Part shown: positions 1 through 13,699 of the stretch, piece by piece
Layout: every line of letters begins with the position of its first letter
Position numbering within the stretch: position 1 is the first letter of the stretch
Assembly (NCBI GenBank): GCA_964016885.1
Contig: OZ024743.1
Location: 154,504,001 to 154,568,000, forward strand
Reading direction: 5' to 3'
DNA length: 64,000 nucleotides
Source of the DNA: Eledone cirrhosa
Lineage: Eukaryota
The notes under the pieces: model-generated
What the model was told of the DNA's origin: nothing
What the model saw: the letters and a program-made list of their open reading frames with translations, nothing else
The model's database searches: none
Program-made: the position numbers and the translations under genes

Positions 1-900
1 CTACTGAACCGGCTGCATGCTGAATACGGACTGCGGCTTTCACTGTCACCGTAAAATTGTCACGTTCACCACTTACGCATCACTTTAGAGATTGGAGTGT
101 TTGGTGGTCTAGGACAAGTCCTTCGTGTATGTGCAGTGGAGTTTTCAAATCCAGATGTTAATAGCCCAGTATTCGAGCTGGTTCATGTGGGTGATGACCA
201 TAATGCACGAGGGTTTGGATATCAGGTTTAGCTCCGATATCTGTTCTTAGGTGAGGCTATGGAAACTGAAATACGTGGTGTGGTGTTGATGATGATTCAT
301 AGGAGACAGATGTAGTTAGTGGTGCTCTAGAAATAATCCAAGTCGGAGGATTCAACGCTTTTGTCAGTGTATTAACAGAGAGGCGTACAGGAAACGAATC
401 ATAAATGGGTACACCGTCGAGGCTAAAGGCTTATCAAATGTGTAAGTGACTGTTAATTTGAGATCAGTAGAATCATTTAATAACTTTATGTTAATTGTTG
501 ACATGTACGGAAACTCTTAGTAATAAGGATTCTAGGATTCTGAATTTGCATTAAGAGACATGAAGTGGTCCTACCACGTTAGAGGAAGAGACTTGTTATA
601 ATGACGTGTTCGTGCTGAGTTGGTAGAAACTTGGTAGTCTATTGTTCCATATTCAGAAGTTGCATTTTAACCTACGAGTTTTCCGCAGTTGAAAATATTG
701 ACTTAGTTGGTGTTTATTCGGTCCTTGATCCGCGTTGTGTTAAGGTGAAGTGGGGATCGAGCATGAGGAGCTCGAGACAGGTTTGTGAAAATAATCTGAT
801 CAGATCCGTGCTGAGACGTTTGATGTGGTTGACTTGTGGACTCTCGTTGATTACCGTGCTGGTTGTTTTCATGGTGGTACCGTGGTTATCCTCATATTGA
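1..900 (-). mobile_element. Possible heavily decayed LTR-retrotransposon gag-like remnant
   Basis: Higher GC than background; FNCGK knuckle-like word near 680-700; many stops. Confidence 0.25.
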
Positions 901-1644
901 CATTGATTTTAGTGTAGTGAGAAAGAAAATAGTTGTCGCATACTTTTGAGATACAATAATATTTTTAAGGACAGATTATTGATATATTCTGATTGAAATT
1001 ACGATCAAAGCTAACAATAAACCAATGACCATGAACTATCTATGACTCAAACGCCACAAGAGATAGGCGGCTTGTTAACATCACCACCACAGTCACTACC
1101 ACTATGAGAACATAAATACTACCCTCTCCCTCAAACCTTTCATTCACTAACAAAATTAGGTGTGATTGCGATATGCACACAAACTCGATACACCCATGGC
1201 CCTACAAGTTTGAACGTGAACACAAACTATGTAAAGGTCTAATGATACACTCCAATACACTCCGATATCCCTATTATTACTCTGAATTTAGATATCATAT
1301 AGAAAATATCGAATACTAATAAACATTGCCAATATAGCATCCATATTCTATTCTGTTATGTTATACCTAATCTACAACTGTGTTTTAACTCTCTCTCACT
1401 TTAACTTCCTTATGCTGCCTTGTTACATCAACATTCTCGATTGTAGCTGCTTCCAAATTCCCTGTCTTTCCACACATGCGATTCCAATATCCTACCGCCC
1501 CACAAACACAAACACTTACACGCATTTATATATATATATATATATGCAAAATGTATTTCCTCTTTAGGTAAGATACTATATAAATATAATTTCATTAATA
1601 AAATCCAATTTGCGAATGATTGATTTATACTCAATGAAATATCT

Positions 1645-1830
1645 AAACTATTATAAAGGAAGGTCTGCGGGACTGCGTTCGGTTTATTTCTTTTAATCCA
1701 GTTATTAAAATAAGTTGGATTACTTTGAATAAATAATGAATATTACATAATTTATGTATTAAAATACGTAAACAAATAATTTCGAAAAAATAATTTAAAA
1801 TTGACATCTTTTCAAACTTGCACTTCCTTT
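1645..1830 (+). repeat. Unclassified dispersed repeat (also ~18490-18700 minus and ~48293-48705 plus)
   Basis: Shared ggactgc.ttc..aaaataagttggattactttgaataaataatgaat..attacataa. Confidence 0.75.
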
Positions 1831-1994
1831 ATATCGTAGAAAGAGAGAGTGTGTGATGAGAGAGATAGAGGGATTATGATTTTCTACACGCTGACGCGTA
1901 TGAGTATATAACTATTATAAGTATATAACTATAATCGCGTAAACAGAAACTTATAAAAACTGACGCTCACCGATATAATTTACACAAGTACACG

Positions 1995-2405
1995 TACTTT
2001 CACACAAATATACATACATTCACAAAAATATATATACTTTCACACAAATATACATACTTTCACAGAAATATACATACATTCACACATACTTTCACACAAA
2101 CATACATACATTCACACAAATATACATACACACACATATACATTCACACAAATATACATACATTCACACATACTTTCAAACAGACATACATACATTCACA
2201 CATACATTCACACACATATACATACATTCACACACATATACATACATTCACACATACTTTCACACAAATATACATACATTCACAAATACTTTCACACACA
2301 AATACATACATTCACACATACTTTCACACAATTATACGTACATTCACACACATATACATACATTCACACATGCTTTCACACAATTATACATACATTCACA
2401 CAAAC
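1995..2405. repeat. Compound (CA/TACA) low-complexity repeat
   Basis: catacattcacaca units. Confidence 0.9.
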
Positions 2406-2406
2406 A

Positions 2407-3126
2407 TACCTAACTTGGTCATTTGTAATTCGAACACATGTATACTTGTATCGGTGTTCATCCCTCTTAAATATCTTATATATTGTATTACACGGCTCGG
2501 AAAGATTCCCTTCCGTGAGCTATTTAATTGTAAAACACTATTTTGAGTTTCTAACTCAATATATGATATTCTCGGCTCCATACGTAGAGCTAACTATAGT
2601 CCCATAAAACCGGCTGCTATTTTTAGCGGCACGAGTATGAGACGCGCTAGGTGCTGTAACATGTATGTTTACCAACACATAGTTCAGTCTACTTTGATCT
2701 TTTGAAGTGAAAGGTGCGAACTTCCTGGATAACCGCAGAAGAGCACAGGAATGGTGGCTTTCACTTAATAATTGTTACGGAACAGATTTAGATCTGTCCG
2801 GGTATCAAACGGCCGTTGCCCAATATATGTTTGTTATTTTTATCCGTTGCCCAATATATGTTTGTTATTTTTATCCGTTGCCCAATATATGTTTGTTATT
2901 TTTATTGATTTATTACTTTAAATGGAGACAGGCATACTATATTGTTTTAAATTAGTATTTTTTCTACCTAGCTAACTTGGTCATTTGCAATTCGAACACA
3001 TGTATGCTTTTTATCGGTGTTCATGCCTATTATATATTCAAATCTATTACACGGCTCGGAAAGATTCCCTTCCTTGAGCTATTTAATTGTAAAAGACTAT
3101 TTTGAGTTTCGAACTCAATATATGAT
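2407..3126. repeat. Direct duplication (~160 bp at 2407 and ~2968) enclosing a 31 bp x3 minisatellite at 2812-2903
   Basis: taacttggtcatttg..ggctcggaaagattcccttcc occurs twice; ccgttgcccaatatatgtttgttatttttat occurs three times. Confidence 0.85.
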
Positions 3127-3297
3127 GCATTCACACATATACATTTACACAAACACACACATACATTCATGATAGCGTTCAGTGAAGTGGACATGGGAGG
3201 GCAATACAAATATAACTTTTTATTTATTTATTAACTCTTTTTTTTTTAAACTCATTTAATATAATTACAGAACGAAATATAATATACGGAAAAAATG

Positions 3298-4081
3298 AAA
3301 CGAAATGTCATGTCTCACTCTTAGTACAGCTGTTACTTAATTATCAGTATGTATACGTACATACATATATGTATACCGACGTACAGTAGTATGTATATAT
3401 ATATATACATACATGCACACATATATATATGTACGTATGGATTCACCGAACATTTATTAGAATGTTCGGTGTGTTCGTAAACAAACATCCCGAATTATGC
3501 CGTACAGTGTCTAGCAACCATCGTTGCTCATGTGTTCAACACTGACAAAGGAACGCTGTACTAGTTTCAAGCTTATTAGCTATCCTCAGCAACGTATACC
3601 TTCCTGCCAGATGGTTGAACGTCTGAAAGTATATACTTTCCCTATGCATATTAACGGTGAGCAGCCTAATTTGCATATCGAGTGAGTTAATCGGCCGGGG
3701 TACCGAAGACGATAAACGAAAAATATTAAACGAAATTTCATTTCTCACTCTTAGGACGGCTGTTACTTAAATATAAGTATGTATACGTACATACATATAT
3801 GTATACAGACGTACAGTAGTATGTATATATACATACATGCACACATATATATATGTACGTATGGATTCACCGAACATTTATTATAATGCTCGGTATGTTT
3901 GTAAACAAACATCCCAAATTAAACCGTACAGTGTCTAGCAACCATCGTTGCTCGTTTGTTCAACACTGACAAAGGAACGCTGTACTAGTTTCAAGCTTAT
4001 TAGCTATCGTCAGCAACGTATACCTTCCTGCCAGATGGTTGAACGTCTGAAAGTATATACTTTCCTCATACATATTAACGG
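3298..4081. repeat. Tandem duplication, ~430 bp period, second unit cut by the PLE
   Basis: 3298-3657 is similar to 3728-4081. Confidence 0.9.
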
Positions 4082-4083
4082 CT

Positions 4084-5370
4084 GAGTAGCCCTACCTTAC
4101 CCCAGCACTACTACTCTTCTCGGTCTGGCTGAGCTTCTTCTCAACCTTAACGGATTTTATTTTTCGGGTGAATTTTACCAGCAGGTCTCTGGGGTACCGA
4201 TGGGATCCAGAATGGGTCCAAACTATGCCAACTTGTTTCTTGGCTACGGTGAAGCCCATATCTTCTCCCAGTACGCTGGACGGACTCCTCAGCTAAACTG
4301 TCATTATATCGATGACTGTATTTGGCGCCACGTCTCTATCACGAGAACAGCTCGACTGTTTTCTTTCTTTTGTCCAATCTTTCCATCCTGCTGTCAATTT
4401 CACCGCCTCCGTCTCCGATTCTTCTGTCGCTTTTCTAGATTTCTCTCTATCTATTAATCACTCTCACCACACCGTCTCTACTTCCATCTACATTAAACCA
4501 ACAGACTCCCAATTTTATCTCGACTTCACCTCCTCCCATCCAAACCACACCAAACACTCCATAACCTATTCCCAATTCCTCCGTCTTCGTCGACTCTGTA
4601 GCCAGGACTAGGATTTCGAAACCCATTCCCTTCGAATGGCTTCCTGCTTCATGGAACGTGTATATTCCCCACCTTGTTCCAAGTTGCTCTCACCCGCGCT
4701 CGTGAAACATACCGCACCACAGCCCTCTCACCTCACCCCCGCCCACACAACACCCGCATTCCTTTCCCTCGCACCTACCACCCCATAACCCTACCACTCC
4801 GGCGACATATACTCCGTTCCTTCCGTATCCTCTTTTCTGACCCCGTCACTTCTCGCTTTTTTCCAAACCCACCCAATTACTACTTTTAAGCGCGCCCAAA
4901 ACCTCCGCGAACCCCTGTTTCACAGTTTTTTTACGTCCTCGCCCACGACTCCACCCGGCTATCGTCCTTGTCTCTGTTGTCGCTGCAACACTTGTCCCTT
5001 TATTTCCACCCTCACCATTCTTACAGGCCCTAACGGGTCTTTCAGTATCTGCCACTCGTTCACCTGCACATCCAACCACGTTGTCTATGCCCTCCGGTGT
5101 TCCCTTTGCTGGTCTTTATATATCGGAAAAACGAGACGCCGCATGACGGACCGTTTTGCCAAACATTTGAGGGACATACGACTCGGTTTGGATACTCCTG
5201 TCGCCCATCATTTCTGTTCTCCTGGTTATTGTTCCCTACATGTTTCAATCCTGGGTGTCCTTTTACATCATTGATCACAGGCCTCGCGCACCAGGCCTGA
5301 ACAAAGTTTGATTCACCGCCTTGGGTCCGATTCCCCTCTTGTACTCAACTCACCTCCCCAATTGCTCTAA
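4084..5370 (+). mobile_element. Decayed, 5'-truncated Neptune-like PLE (RT C-half, Cys linker, GIY-YIG)
   Basis: FYQQVSGVPMGSRMGPNYANLF..YIDD, FLD..TSIYIKPTD..YLDFTSSHP..SITYSQFLRLRRLCS, CRCNTCPFI, FTCTSNHVVYALRC. Confidence 0.9.
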
Positions 5371-5798
5371 TACCCAGTCCGTTATCAAACCCCTATATTT
5401 CTATCGCTTAATCTTGAACATTAGCAGCTTCGTGTATTCCTATTGTAGAATACGTTGCTGTTCTCATGGTTTGTTCTTTCTTGTTTTCATTTCCTGAAGT
5501 ATTTGGCATATTTGGTTCCAAGATATAGAGTATCATCTTTGTTGAATTTCTGGTTAGCACTACTGGATTTAATAAATGAAATCTTAATATACCAGGCCCC
5601 AGAAAATAATTCAAATCAACAATCCCTTTTTTTTGATGATCAAAAGAAAATTATTAAACATTCCGTAGAATATCATAATTATATAATATTAAGTGAGTCA
5701 AATCATATAAAGCGATATATGTATTTCAATTATGATAACCATAGTACTTATAACATTCTTCTTTCTGCCATACAGATATGACTTGTCACAATGCCTAC

Positions 5799-5866
5799 AT
5801 TGCAGTAAATGTCGATGACAAACTTCATCACTAGTACTATTTGCCCTTGAAGACCAGTCATGTATC
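5799..5866 (-). CDS. Candidate exon (68 nt) IHDWSSRANSTSDEVCHRHLLQ
   Basis: tttcacatttag / gtaggc; phase 2-1. Confidence 0.5.
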
Positions 5867-6835
5867 CTAAATGTGAAATTGCAGTACCAGAAAACAGTTT
5901 AGCAAAAAAGGTTATGGACCTAATCTATTCTCCAATGAGTGAAACTGCAACGGGACTAAAAGCAACACCTACATCCTTTCCAAATTACACGACACCGAAT
6001 TTGAAGAGAAACGCATAGCATTGGATAATGTAAACTATTATAATTGTCCGAAATATAAAGGATAGTTACGATTACAATGCTTTGCTCATATATTTACTTG
6101 TGTATGGCTGATGTGCGGAAAAGAAAATAACTCAACATCCATACACTGTTCAATAGAGCTACTAGAAATACTCGAGATGCTTCACATCAATCTGAACAAA
6201 ATTAATATCCTCAAATTTTAAAAGACATAATTCCTAGAAACACTTTAACCAACTTCAATAACCTTTCTTTATCACTTCATATATTAAAGCCAACAGACAA
6301 CGATGACTAAACATAGAAATATGTGCAATTTATGATTAAACTGTAGTTAATATTGAATTATTATATAAACAATACAATTTATTTCTCTGCATTCAAGTTT
6401 TTCTCACAAATCTGAAAAACAGAATATACATTCTCTTTGAAATAGTATACTGTTCAGTCTATATAGATAATCCAATAACGGTTAGATAAACCTGCCTGGT
6501 GATTGCTTAACAGCGATTCATTCTGAACAAACACAAGACATATAAAAGACGCAGTACATAGGGTAAATCAGTTAATGAAAGTCGGTGGCTTATCAAAATT
6601 GTTCGGACGTCATAATTCATTCCGCCTCTACTTTCTGAATACATATGTCCCCATAGTCAACATTCTTTTCCATACTTTCGCAGTCGATACAATTAAATAT
6701 CAATCATTCACTTGTGGATTTACTCGGCATTTCCCTCCCAAATTTGCTGGCTGCGTGCCTAGATTTGAACTCATTGTAATAGACACATGGTAGGGAGTTT
6801 AGCGTAAATAAAATAAAATAAATTTAGTATGATAA

Positions 6836-7026
6836 TAATTGTTTCTACTTTAGGCACAAGGCCAGCAATTATCCAGTGCATTACTGGTACTTTATTTTAT
6901 CGACCCCGTAAGGATGAAAGGCAAAGTCAACCTCGGTGGGATATGAACTCAGATCGTAAAGGGACGTAACTATGCTGGAAAGCATGGCGTCCGACCCTCT
7001 ACCGATACTGCCAATCCACCGCCCTT
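6836..7026 (-). mobile_element. OK-type tRNA-derived octopod SINE, full length
   Basis: A/B-box head (tggcag..gttca.atccc); core gcctttcatccttacggggtcgataaaataaagtaccag; TSD tagtatgataataat. Confidence 0.9.
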
Positions 7027-7707
7027 AGTATGATAATAATATTGACAAACATATATCATTTATATAATGACATATAACATTTTAATGCATTCTACTTCAA
7101 TTGATTGTTAAGTATTATTTCGGTGTCAATCGTCTAACACAAATCAGAAAAATCGCCATAAACAAAGTGTTTTAAATTACAACATGATGCATACATTTCG
7201 ATGACCTATTGATCTTCCAGATTACATGAATCAAAGAATAGGAATTCAAACATGACCTAAACAAGCAGTTTCCAAACTATTAAATATTCTGTTCAAAACT
7301 CCACAATACGTTTGCGACGAAATTCCTGAAGCTAACATATTAGAATGAACGAATGAATGATGAATAAGTGAATAAACCCATTCCAAAAGCATTAAACCTC
7401 TTTAATGTCTACATGAGTTAATACTACCGATTTGATATCTACTTTCACGTATCATGAGTGTTGAAGTTTACTCCTAAGGCAGAGATTTGCAAACCACACA
7501 ATAGGAAGTCCATGGCGTAATATTGAAAACACCAATTTAATTAAAATAAACCTACACTACGTAGTAAAACCTTATTACAACACACTCCTAAAACATTTAA
7601 TTCCATTCTTCTAATGTTTCCAAAATACAAATTCTTTGATACTAAAATAGTTGCAGAATAAATCTGTCATTTTCTTTATGTATATTCTGAGGAATAAAGT
7701 CTATTAC

Positions 7708-7772
7708 CAACACACGACGTTCAACTGACTAAACATTTTTATATTAACAGCAACTGTTTTGAAATCAGAGAT
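7708..7772 (-). CDS. Candidate exon (65 nt) ISDFKTVAVNIKMFSQLNVVC
   Basis: tattcag / TG-gtaata; phase 0-2; joins the next exon to make Trp. Confidence 0.5.
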
Positions 7773-8785
7773 CTGAATACTGAAGTAAATATTGGCGAAC
7801 ATATAAGAGTTAGAAGAAATATTTAAATATTTGGTTGGTCTCTGTGCCATAAACCTACTGGTTAGGCATAGACAGGTTAATAATAATGACAACATATGTA
7901 GGAGTAGGTACAAACACAATATACTATGATTGGCCAAACTGTATTGTAGACGGTCGAAAAAGCACTACGAGCTCAATGATCTCAGTATTAATAGTGGTTA
8001 ACCCCATTGTAAATCATAACTAACTGTATTTAAAAAGGGGAAACATTGGATAATTTAGTCTTAGGTGTACCATACCCAGGAACAAAGGGACTGGATAGTT
8101 GAGGCTGATACATATGTTACTGTGTAATAATTATTCTGATATTCTCTTTGAAATCGACCATTTACTTAAATGATATATAAATAGTGTGACGCTAATTGTT
8201 AGGATATAAAGAAATAACAAGTTACACATACTATAGTTAAGAAATGTGCAATGTAGCTCTCATTTCTAGGTGGCTACTTGTAGGAAGCGCATCAATCTGC
8301 TCATGCAATTACTTTAAAAATGTAGAATAAGCAAAACTTTGCTTTAGGAAGGTATATGACACAGTCAATAGGCAAGCCATGTGGAGTATAAATTTGGAAC
8401 TGGCTTGAGAGATTTACGGGGCTTTTAGAATTCATTTCCTGTCAATTGAAACTCGTTTATAAAAACCCTTTAGAATATTATTCCACACATAATATCATAA
8501 AAAAACATAGAATAAATAAATACAATCAATCATTATGACAAATTGCAAACGTTACGCTTAAAAAAAAATCCAAAAAGCAGTTAAAACCTGTATATTTTGT
8601 TAAATATACCTTTTTAACATATTTCATTGTGGTGCTCAATGGCACCTAAAACCACTACATAAATATGACATTTCGTTGTTGAAACTGTATATTTATGCAT
8701 CTATTAATGAAAACCTTTTATACAAATTGTAATTATTAACTATAACACTTTAAATATAACATTATCTGTAACCGTCATAATCCGT

Positions 8786-8976
8786 AAAGGGTGGATTGGC
8801 AGTTTCGGTAGAGGGGCGGATGCGATGGTTTGCAACATAAAGTTACGGCCATTTACAATCTGAGTTCAAATCCCGTCGTGTTTAACTATGCGTTTCATCC
8901 TTACCAGGTCGCTAAAATAAAGTACTAGTAATACACTGGTTTAATTGCTGGCATTGTGCCAAAGTAGAAACAATTA
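8786..8976 (+). mobile_element. OK-type SINE
   Basis: Family similarity; flanking attatctgtaac repeat. Confidence 0.85.
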
Positions 8977-9221
8977 TCTGTAACTGTCACATACTTCTCT
9001 CATAAAAAATATATCTCATTGTAGGCTGGTTAATTGGAGAGGGGTGCCTTTCTGGGTGCCCTTGAAGCGTCGGTTAGCTCAGGATTGTTGGGGCATATAT
9101 TTTCATGGGCGATTGTTTTTGTTAGAGTGTATTTTTACTCTATTTAATGTAAGCTACCACTGTGACTATCTTTGTATTATCACCAATATGTCGGCAATTG
9201 TGGTCAATAAATGAAACCATT

Positions 9222-9330
9222 AATCCCGCCAGGTTAACTTTGCCTTTTATCCTTACGGGGTCGATAAAATAAAGTACCAGTAATACACTAGGTAATTGCT
9301 GGCATTGTGCCTAACGTAGAAACAATTATT
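9222..9330 (+). mobile_element. OK-type SINE, 5'-truncated
   Basis: Family core and tail. Confidence 0.85.
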
Positions 9331-9359
9331 ATTTTTATTAATATTTATTGTGTACAGGT

Positions 9360-10778
9360 CTATTGTGTTCCAGAAGGTACTATGAAGGGATATTTTCCTG
9401 AAAGCTGCTCTTTCTCCTTGATGTTATTTCCTCCTTGGACATCCCCTGGCCTATTGTCCCCTCCTTCAGTACAGTTCTGAGCATTGGCTCCTTACTACCA
9501 GTCATGTATTAGTGTAGGTTGTTTTTCTCCATCTGAACACAGTCCTCTATGCTGATAAGACCTCTTCCACCTTCAGATCTCCTTAAGTAGAGACTATCGA
9601 CATCACTCCTCTTGTGTAACAGGTTGTAGATAGTCAATAGCTTCCTAGTCTTCCTATCCATTTCTTTTTGTTCAGCAACATTCCATCTCAGAATTCCCGC
9701 ACTGTACCTAATAATAGACACAGCTCGGGAATTTACTGCACTTATGGCATTCCTACTGTTCAGATGTGACTTTAATACGCTCCTTACTCTCCGAATGTAT
9801 TCAGTTCTTATCAACTCCTTCATTTCTTTGTCATCATCCTCCAGAACGCCCAAATACGTGTATCCTTCTTCAGAGTCAATTTCCTTTATCATCTCACCTG
9901 TTGGTACCCGGATTCCGTTACTTCTGCTCAACTTACCCCTCTTCATCACAATGACTCAAACACTTACTAATACCAAATTACATGCATATATCATTGATGA
10001 AAATACGGAGAGTGTCAACAAGCACATCCAACTCCTTCTCACTCTTCCCGAAGAGCTTAAGATCGTCCATGAAGAGGAGGTGATTGATGGTAAACCCTCG
10101 CTTTCCCAACCTGTATCCTGCTCTCACTTTTCGCAGTACACTGGTCAGGGGCATCAGAGCAAGGACAAACAACAGAGGGGACAGACTATCTCCCTAGAAG
10201 ATACCTCTCTTGATCTTCACGCTTCCCAAGGATTCTCCAGTTTTTGTGAACTATGTTTCCCAGGACTTCATACTTTTGCCCAACAACTGTCTGATGTTAT
10301 CTGCCACCTTGAAGATCTCCAGGCTTTTGGTGATTCAAGAATGAGGCACCATGTCAAATGCCTTTTTGTTGTCTATCCATCCCATAGCAAGACCAGTGTG
10401 TCTCCTCTTGCAATTCTTCATTACCATCTTATCAATAAGTAACTGGTCCTTTGTACCACGTGACTTCTTTCGGCATCCTTTCTGTTCGTCCGATAACAAG
10501 TTGTTTGTGTGGAGGTGATGGTAGATTTCCTCAGACATAATGCTTGTCAACAGTTTCCACATTACGGACAGACATGTGATAGGTCTATATTTGGTAACAT
10601 TATTACCCTTGATTCGGTCTTCATTATCAGAACTGTGGTACCTTTTGTCAACCACTCAGGTACCTCACCTGATATCAAGCAGACATTGAACCTGGTTGTC
10701 AGTTTCGGGTGGAGCGATGTTATATGTTTAATCCAATACCCCTGCACACCATCTGGGCCTGGTGATTTCCAGTTGGTT
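9360..10778 (-). mobile_element. R4/Dong-clade non-LTR retrotransposon RT fragment, frameshifted
   Basis: [94 protein letters not shown]-like ..GGRGL. Confidence 0.9.
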
Positions 10779-12289
10779 AGTTATTATTGGTTAGTTATTA
10801 TAAGGGAAGAAGACGCACATGGTTGATAGAAGGTCGTGAAATCGCTCCCGTAAGCTTTGATTTTTTAACATATTTAAATCAATTGTGAAATAACAATACC
10901 TAGTACAAATGATGCATAAAGCATCCGGCTTGAGTCCCCAAAAAATTCGGATCCATAATATATTGTTATATCGCTCAAATATTCAATTTTGTATTTTACA
11001 TTTTATATTCAAAAAAGAAAATGGTTATAAATGGAAGAAAACCCTTCTGTCTACACTATATAGAACAGCCAAATAACAGCAATTTCACCAACACCAGAAA
11101 CTAGATACACCACCTACTCTATCACCCCTCTGTGTACACTAAACACAACAGCCAGATAACAGCAATTTCACCACCACCACCACCAATCTCAGCATAACAA
11201 TAATAATTACTATTATTATTGTCTCAAGTTTTAACAAAATGTTTAATAACAAAATGTTTAATTCCAATATCAAGAAAATATGTCAACACATATATGCGTC
11301 TAACCCCATAGATTCTCCGATCAAACAAAAATACAGTCTATTTAACAAAACTCAGTAACGACAACGCCATCACTACAGTCACCGCCGCTGCCGCCCAACC
11401 ATCATTACTACCACTATCCCATCACCGCCGCCACCACTCCTTCATTGCTACCACCGCTATCCCCCCATCACCTTCTGTTAACTTACGAAAGGGGAAGATG
11501 GCGGTATCACTAGCCAATATTAATAAACAAGATTAATATTTAATTTTGGATCAGGAATGTTAGAGTCGAAAAGGAGGAAAATGACAAAATGACTAAATAA
11601 CTAAAGATAATTTCACCACCATCACCACCACCACTACCACGATAACAACTCTTGTCACGTCGACTCAAATGTCTACTCCAACTTCAACACCATCAGTACT
11701 ACAATCAAATCACCACCACCACTGCCTCATTATCGCTACCGCCGCTATTCTCTCCCACTACCTCCTGCTAGTTGCTGCTAGCACTGCACCGCCGCCACCA
11801 CCACCACCACCACTGCCTCATTATCACTACCGCCGCTATTCTCTCCCGCTGCCCGCTGCTACATTGTAGAATCCACACTAAAAGAGGAAGGCATCAAAAT
11901 ATATAAATAGACTGAATTGATGACCCGGTCAAATTCAAAAAAACAAAAATCAAAATCAAAGCAGCACAGCAACAACGAAAAACGTAAAGAAAATAAGAAT
12001 GAAGAGAAAAACAAACAGACGGACAGAGAAGGGAAAAAATTAAGTCAGACATTCAAACACTACATTACAATGAAACTTATGCGTATTCATTTTTTTTTTT
12101 TGGGGGGGGGGGGTTACCTGTTTGTTTGTTTGTTTATTTGTGTTCGTCTACAGCGTGATAATGCCACACAAAAATCACGTGGAGTGACGAAACCACCGGA
12201 GATGATAAATTCACCGGTGGTTATGTAACCATACATTCGCCAATCCTCGATAAGAGTGTTTAAATTTCGAACCTAAACAGTTCGAATAA

Positions 12290-13446
12290 CGGTGAAATGG
12301 AGACTAGAATGTCATGTGACAGACTCTTACCCAACAGGTGCTCCCTGGCTCATCAGCAGGGACCTGGCTGTCAACCAAATACTGCTGGTGTCGGAGGAAG
12401 AAGAAGAGGGAAAGGGACCAGAACCAACTGGAAACGGATGCATAACATCTGGAACGAGATTGGTCTATTTAAATTAGATGAACAAAAATTGGCCGGCCAG
12501 GCTAGGGTATTAAGAACTAATGGGTGGATAAGCAAGCTGGAACTGGAGGAACTGAGCAGAGAGATTAGTTTGAGATGGAGAGTGGAGTATGCCAGGCAAA
12601 CGAGCCAGTGTGAAATGAAGGTGAAGAGGTCGAGAGAACGGAGGAACCACCGAAGATGACAATGATCTGAATGCTGAGATAAATAATACCTGGAACAGAG
12701 ATACGGCTACTGAGGAGATGAATGCTGACGGGCTAGGACAAGATTTGGTTGATATCTTAAACTTAGTGGTAGATGAATTAAACAATGATAGTGGGAGTCT
12801 TATGAACCTAAGATTTGTAGACAGGAAAAAGTTAAAAGAAACAACAGCTAAGGTAAACAAAGTCATCCCATACCTTGAGGCGAGGAGCCTTCACCAGTGC
12901 AACAATATCCTCAAAGCAACAGCAAATACGGTGAGGAAACTACTTGGTATAAAAGCGAGAGGAAACAACAGACAAGAAAGAGCAGAGCCTTGGTGGAAGA
13001 AACGACTGAGTGGTCAAATCAGGGAAATGAGAAATGACATTGGAAAGCTTGAGTCCCTACTGAATGGGACACTAAAAAACATAGACACTAAAAATAGACT
13101 GGAAATAAAGTACAAAACAAGGAGGAAAAAGCTAAATATTTTCATACGTGAACTGAAACAACGCATTGTAGCAAAGAGTGTAAAAATCAGGCGTTACGAG
13201 AACAGAGTCGGTCTGTATAGACAGAACCGCATGTTCGACAACAACCAGAAGATGCTGTTTGGACAGCTTGAAGGGAAAGAAAGAGGCAACGACTAGATCC
13301 CTGAGGTGGAACAAACTAAAACATTCTGGAGAGGAATATGGGAGCAGGATGTTAAACATAATGACCAGGCAGTGTGGATTGAAACAGTACAGCAGGAGAT
13401 TAGTGAACAGTCACACCAACAAACTGATTTGAGTATCACAGTTGAA

Positions 13447-13447
<1 letters not shown>
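12290..13447 (+). mobile_element. R4/Dong-clade N-terminal ORF fragment
   Basis: KRMHNIWNE..EQKLAGQARVL, PWWKKRL..I..MRNDIGKL, ELKQRIVAK..KIRRYENR..YRQNRMF, FWRGIWE..HN..A.WI. Confidence 0.85.
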
Positions 13448-13482
<35 letters not shown>

Positions 13483-13699
13483 TTTATTGGTCTGATTGGA
13501 CGCCTTTTTGCTCGCTTCCAGTAAATCGCTTTATTTACCTGTTATAATTATTTGTTGTTAAATTTTTCTTGTTGTGCAAGGTATATAAGCCCTTGGACTT
13601 TACCCTGTGAAGGGAAAGTATAATATTTGTGCCTTATGGCCCAAATATTTCAATAATATTTCAAATGCTTACTTTTGATAATTAAAAAAAAATCGAAAC

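Noticed and set aside
2812-2903. 31 bp x3 repeat as a CRISPR array
   Set aside because: No spacers, eukaryotic context, no cas genes
6836-7026. SINE heads as tRNA genes
   Set aside because: A/B boxes are present but there is no cloverleaf; they belong to a dispersed SINE with TSDs
9744-10442. 232 aa plus-strand ORF
   Set aside because: Antisense to the R4/Dong RT
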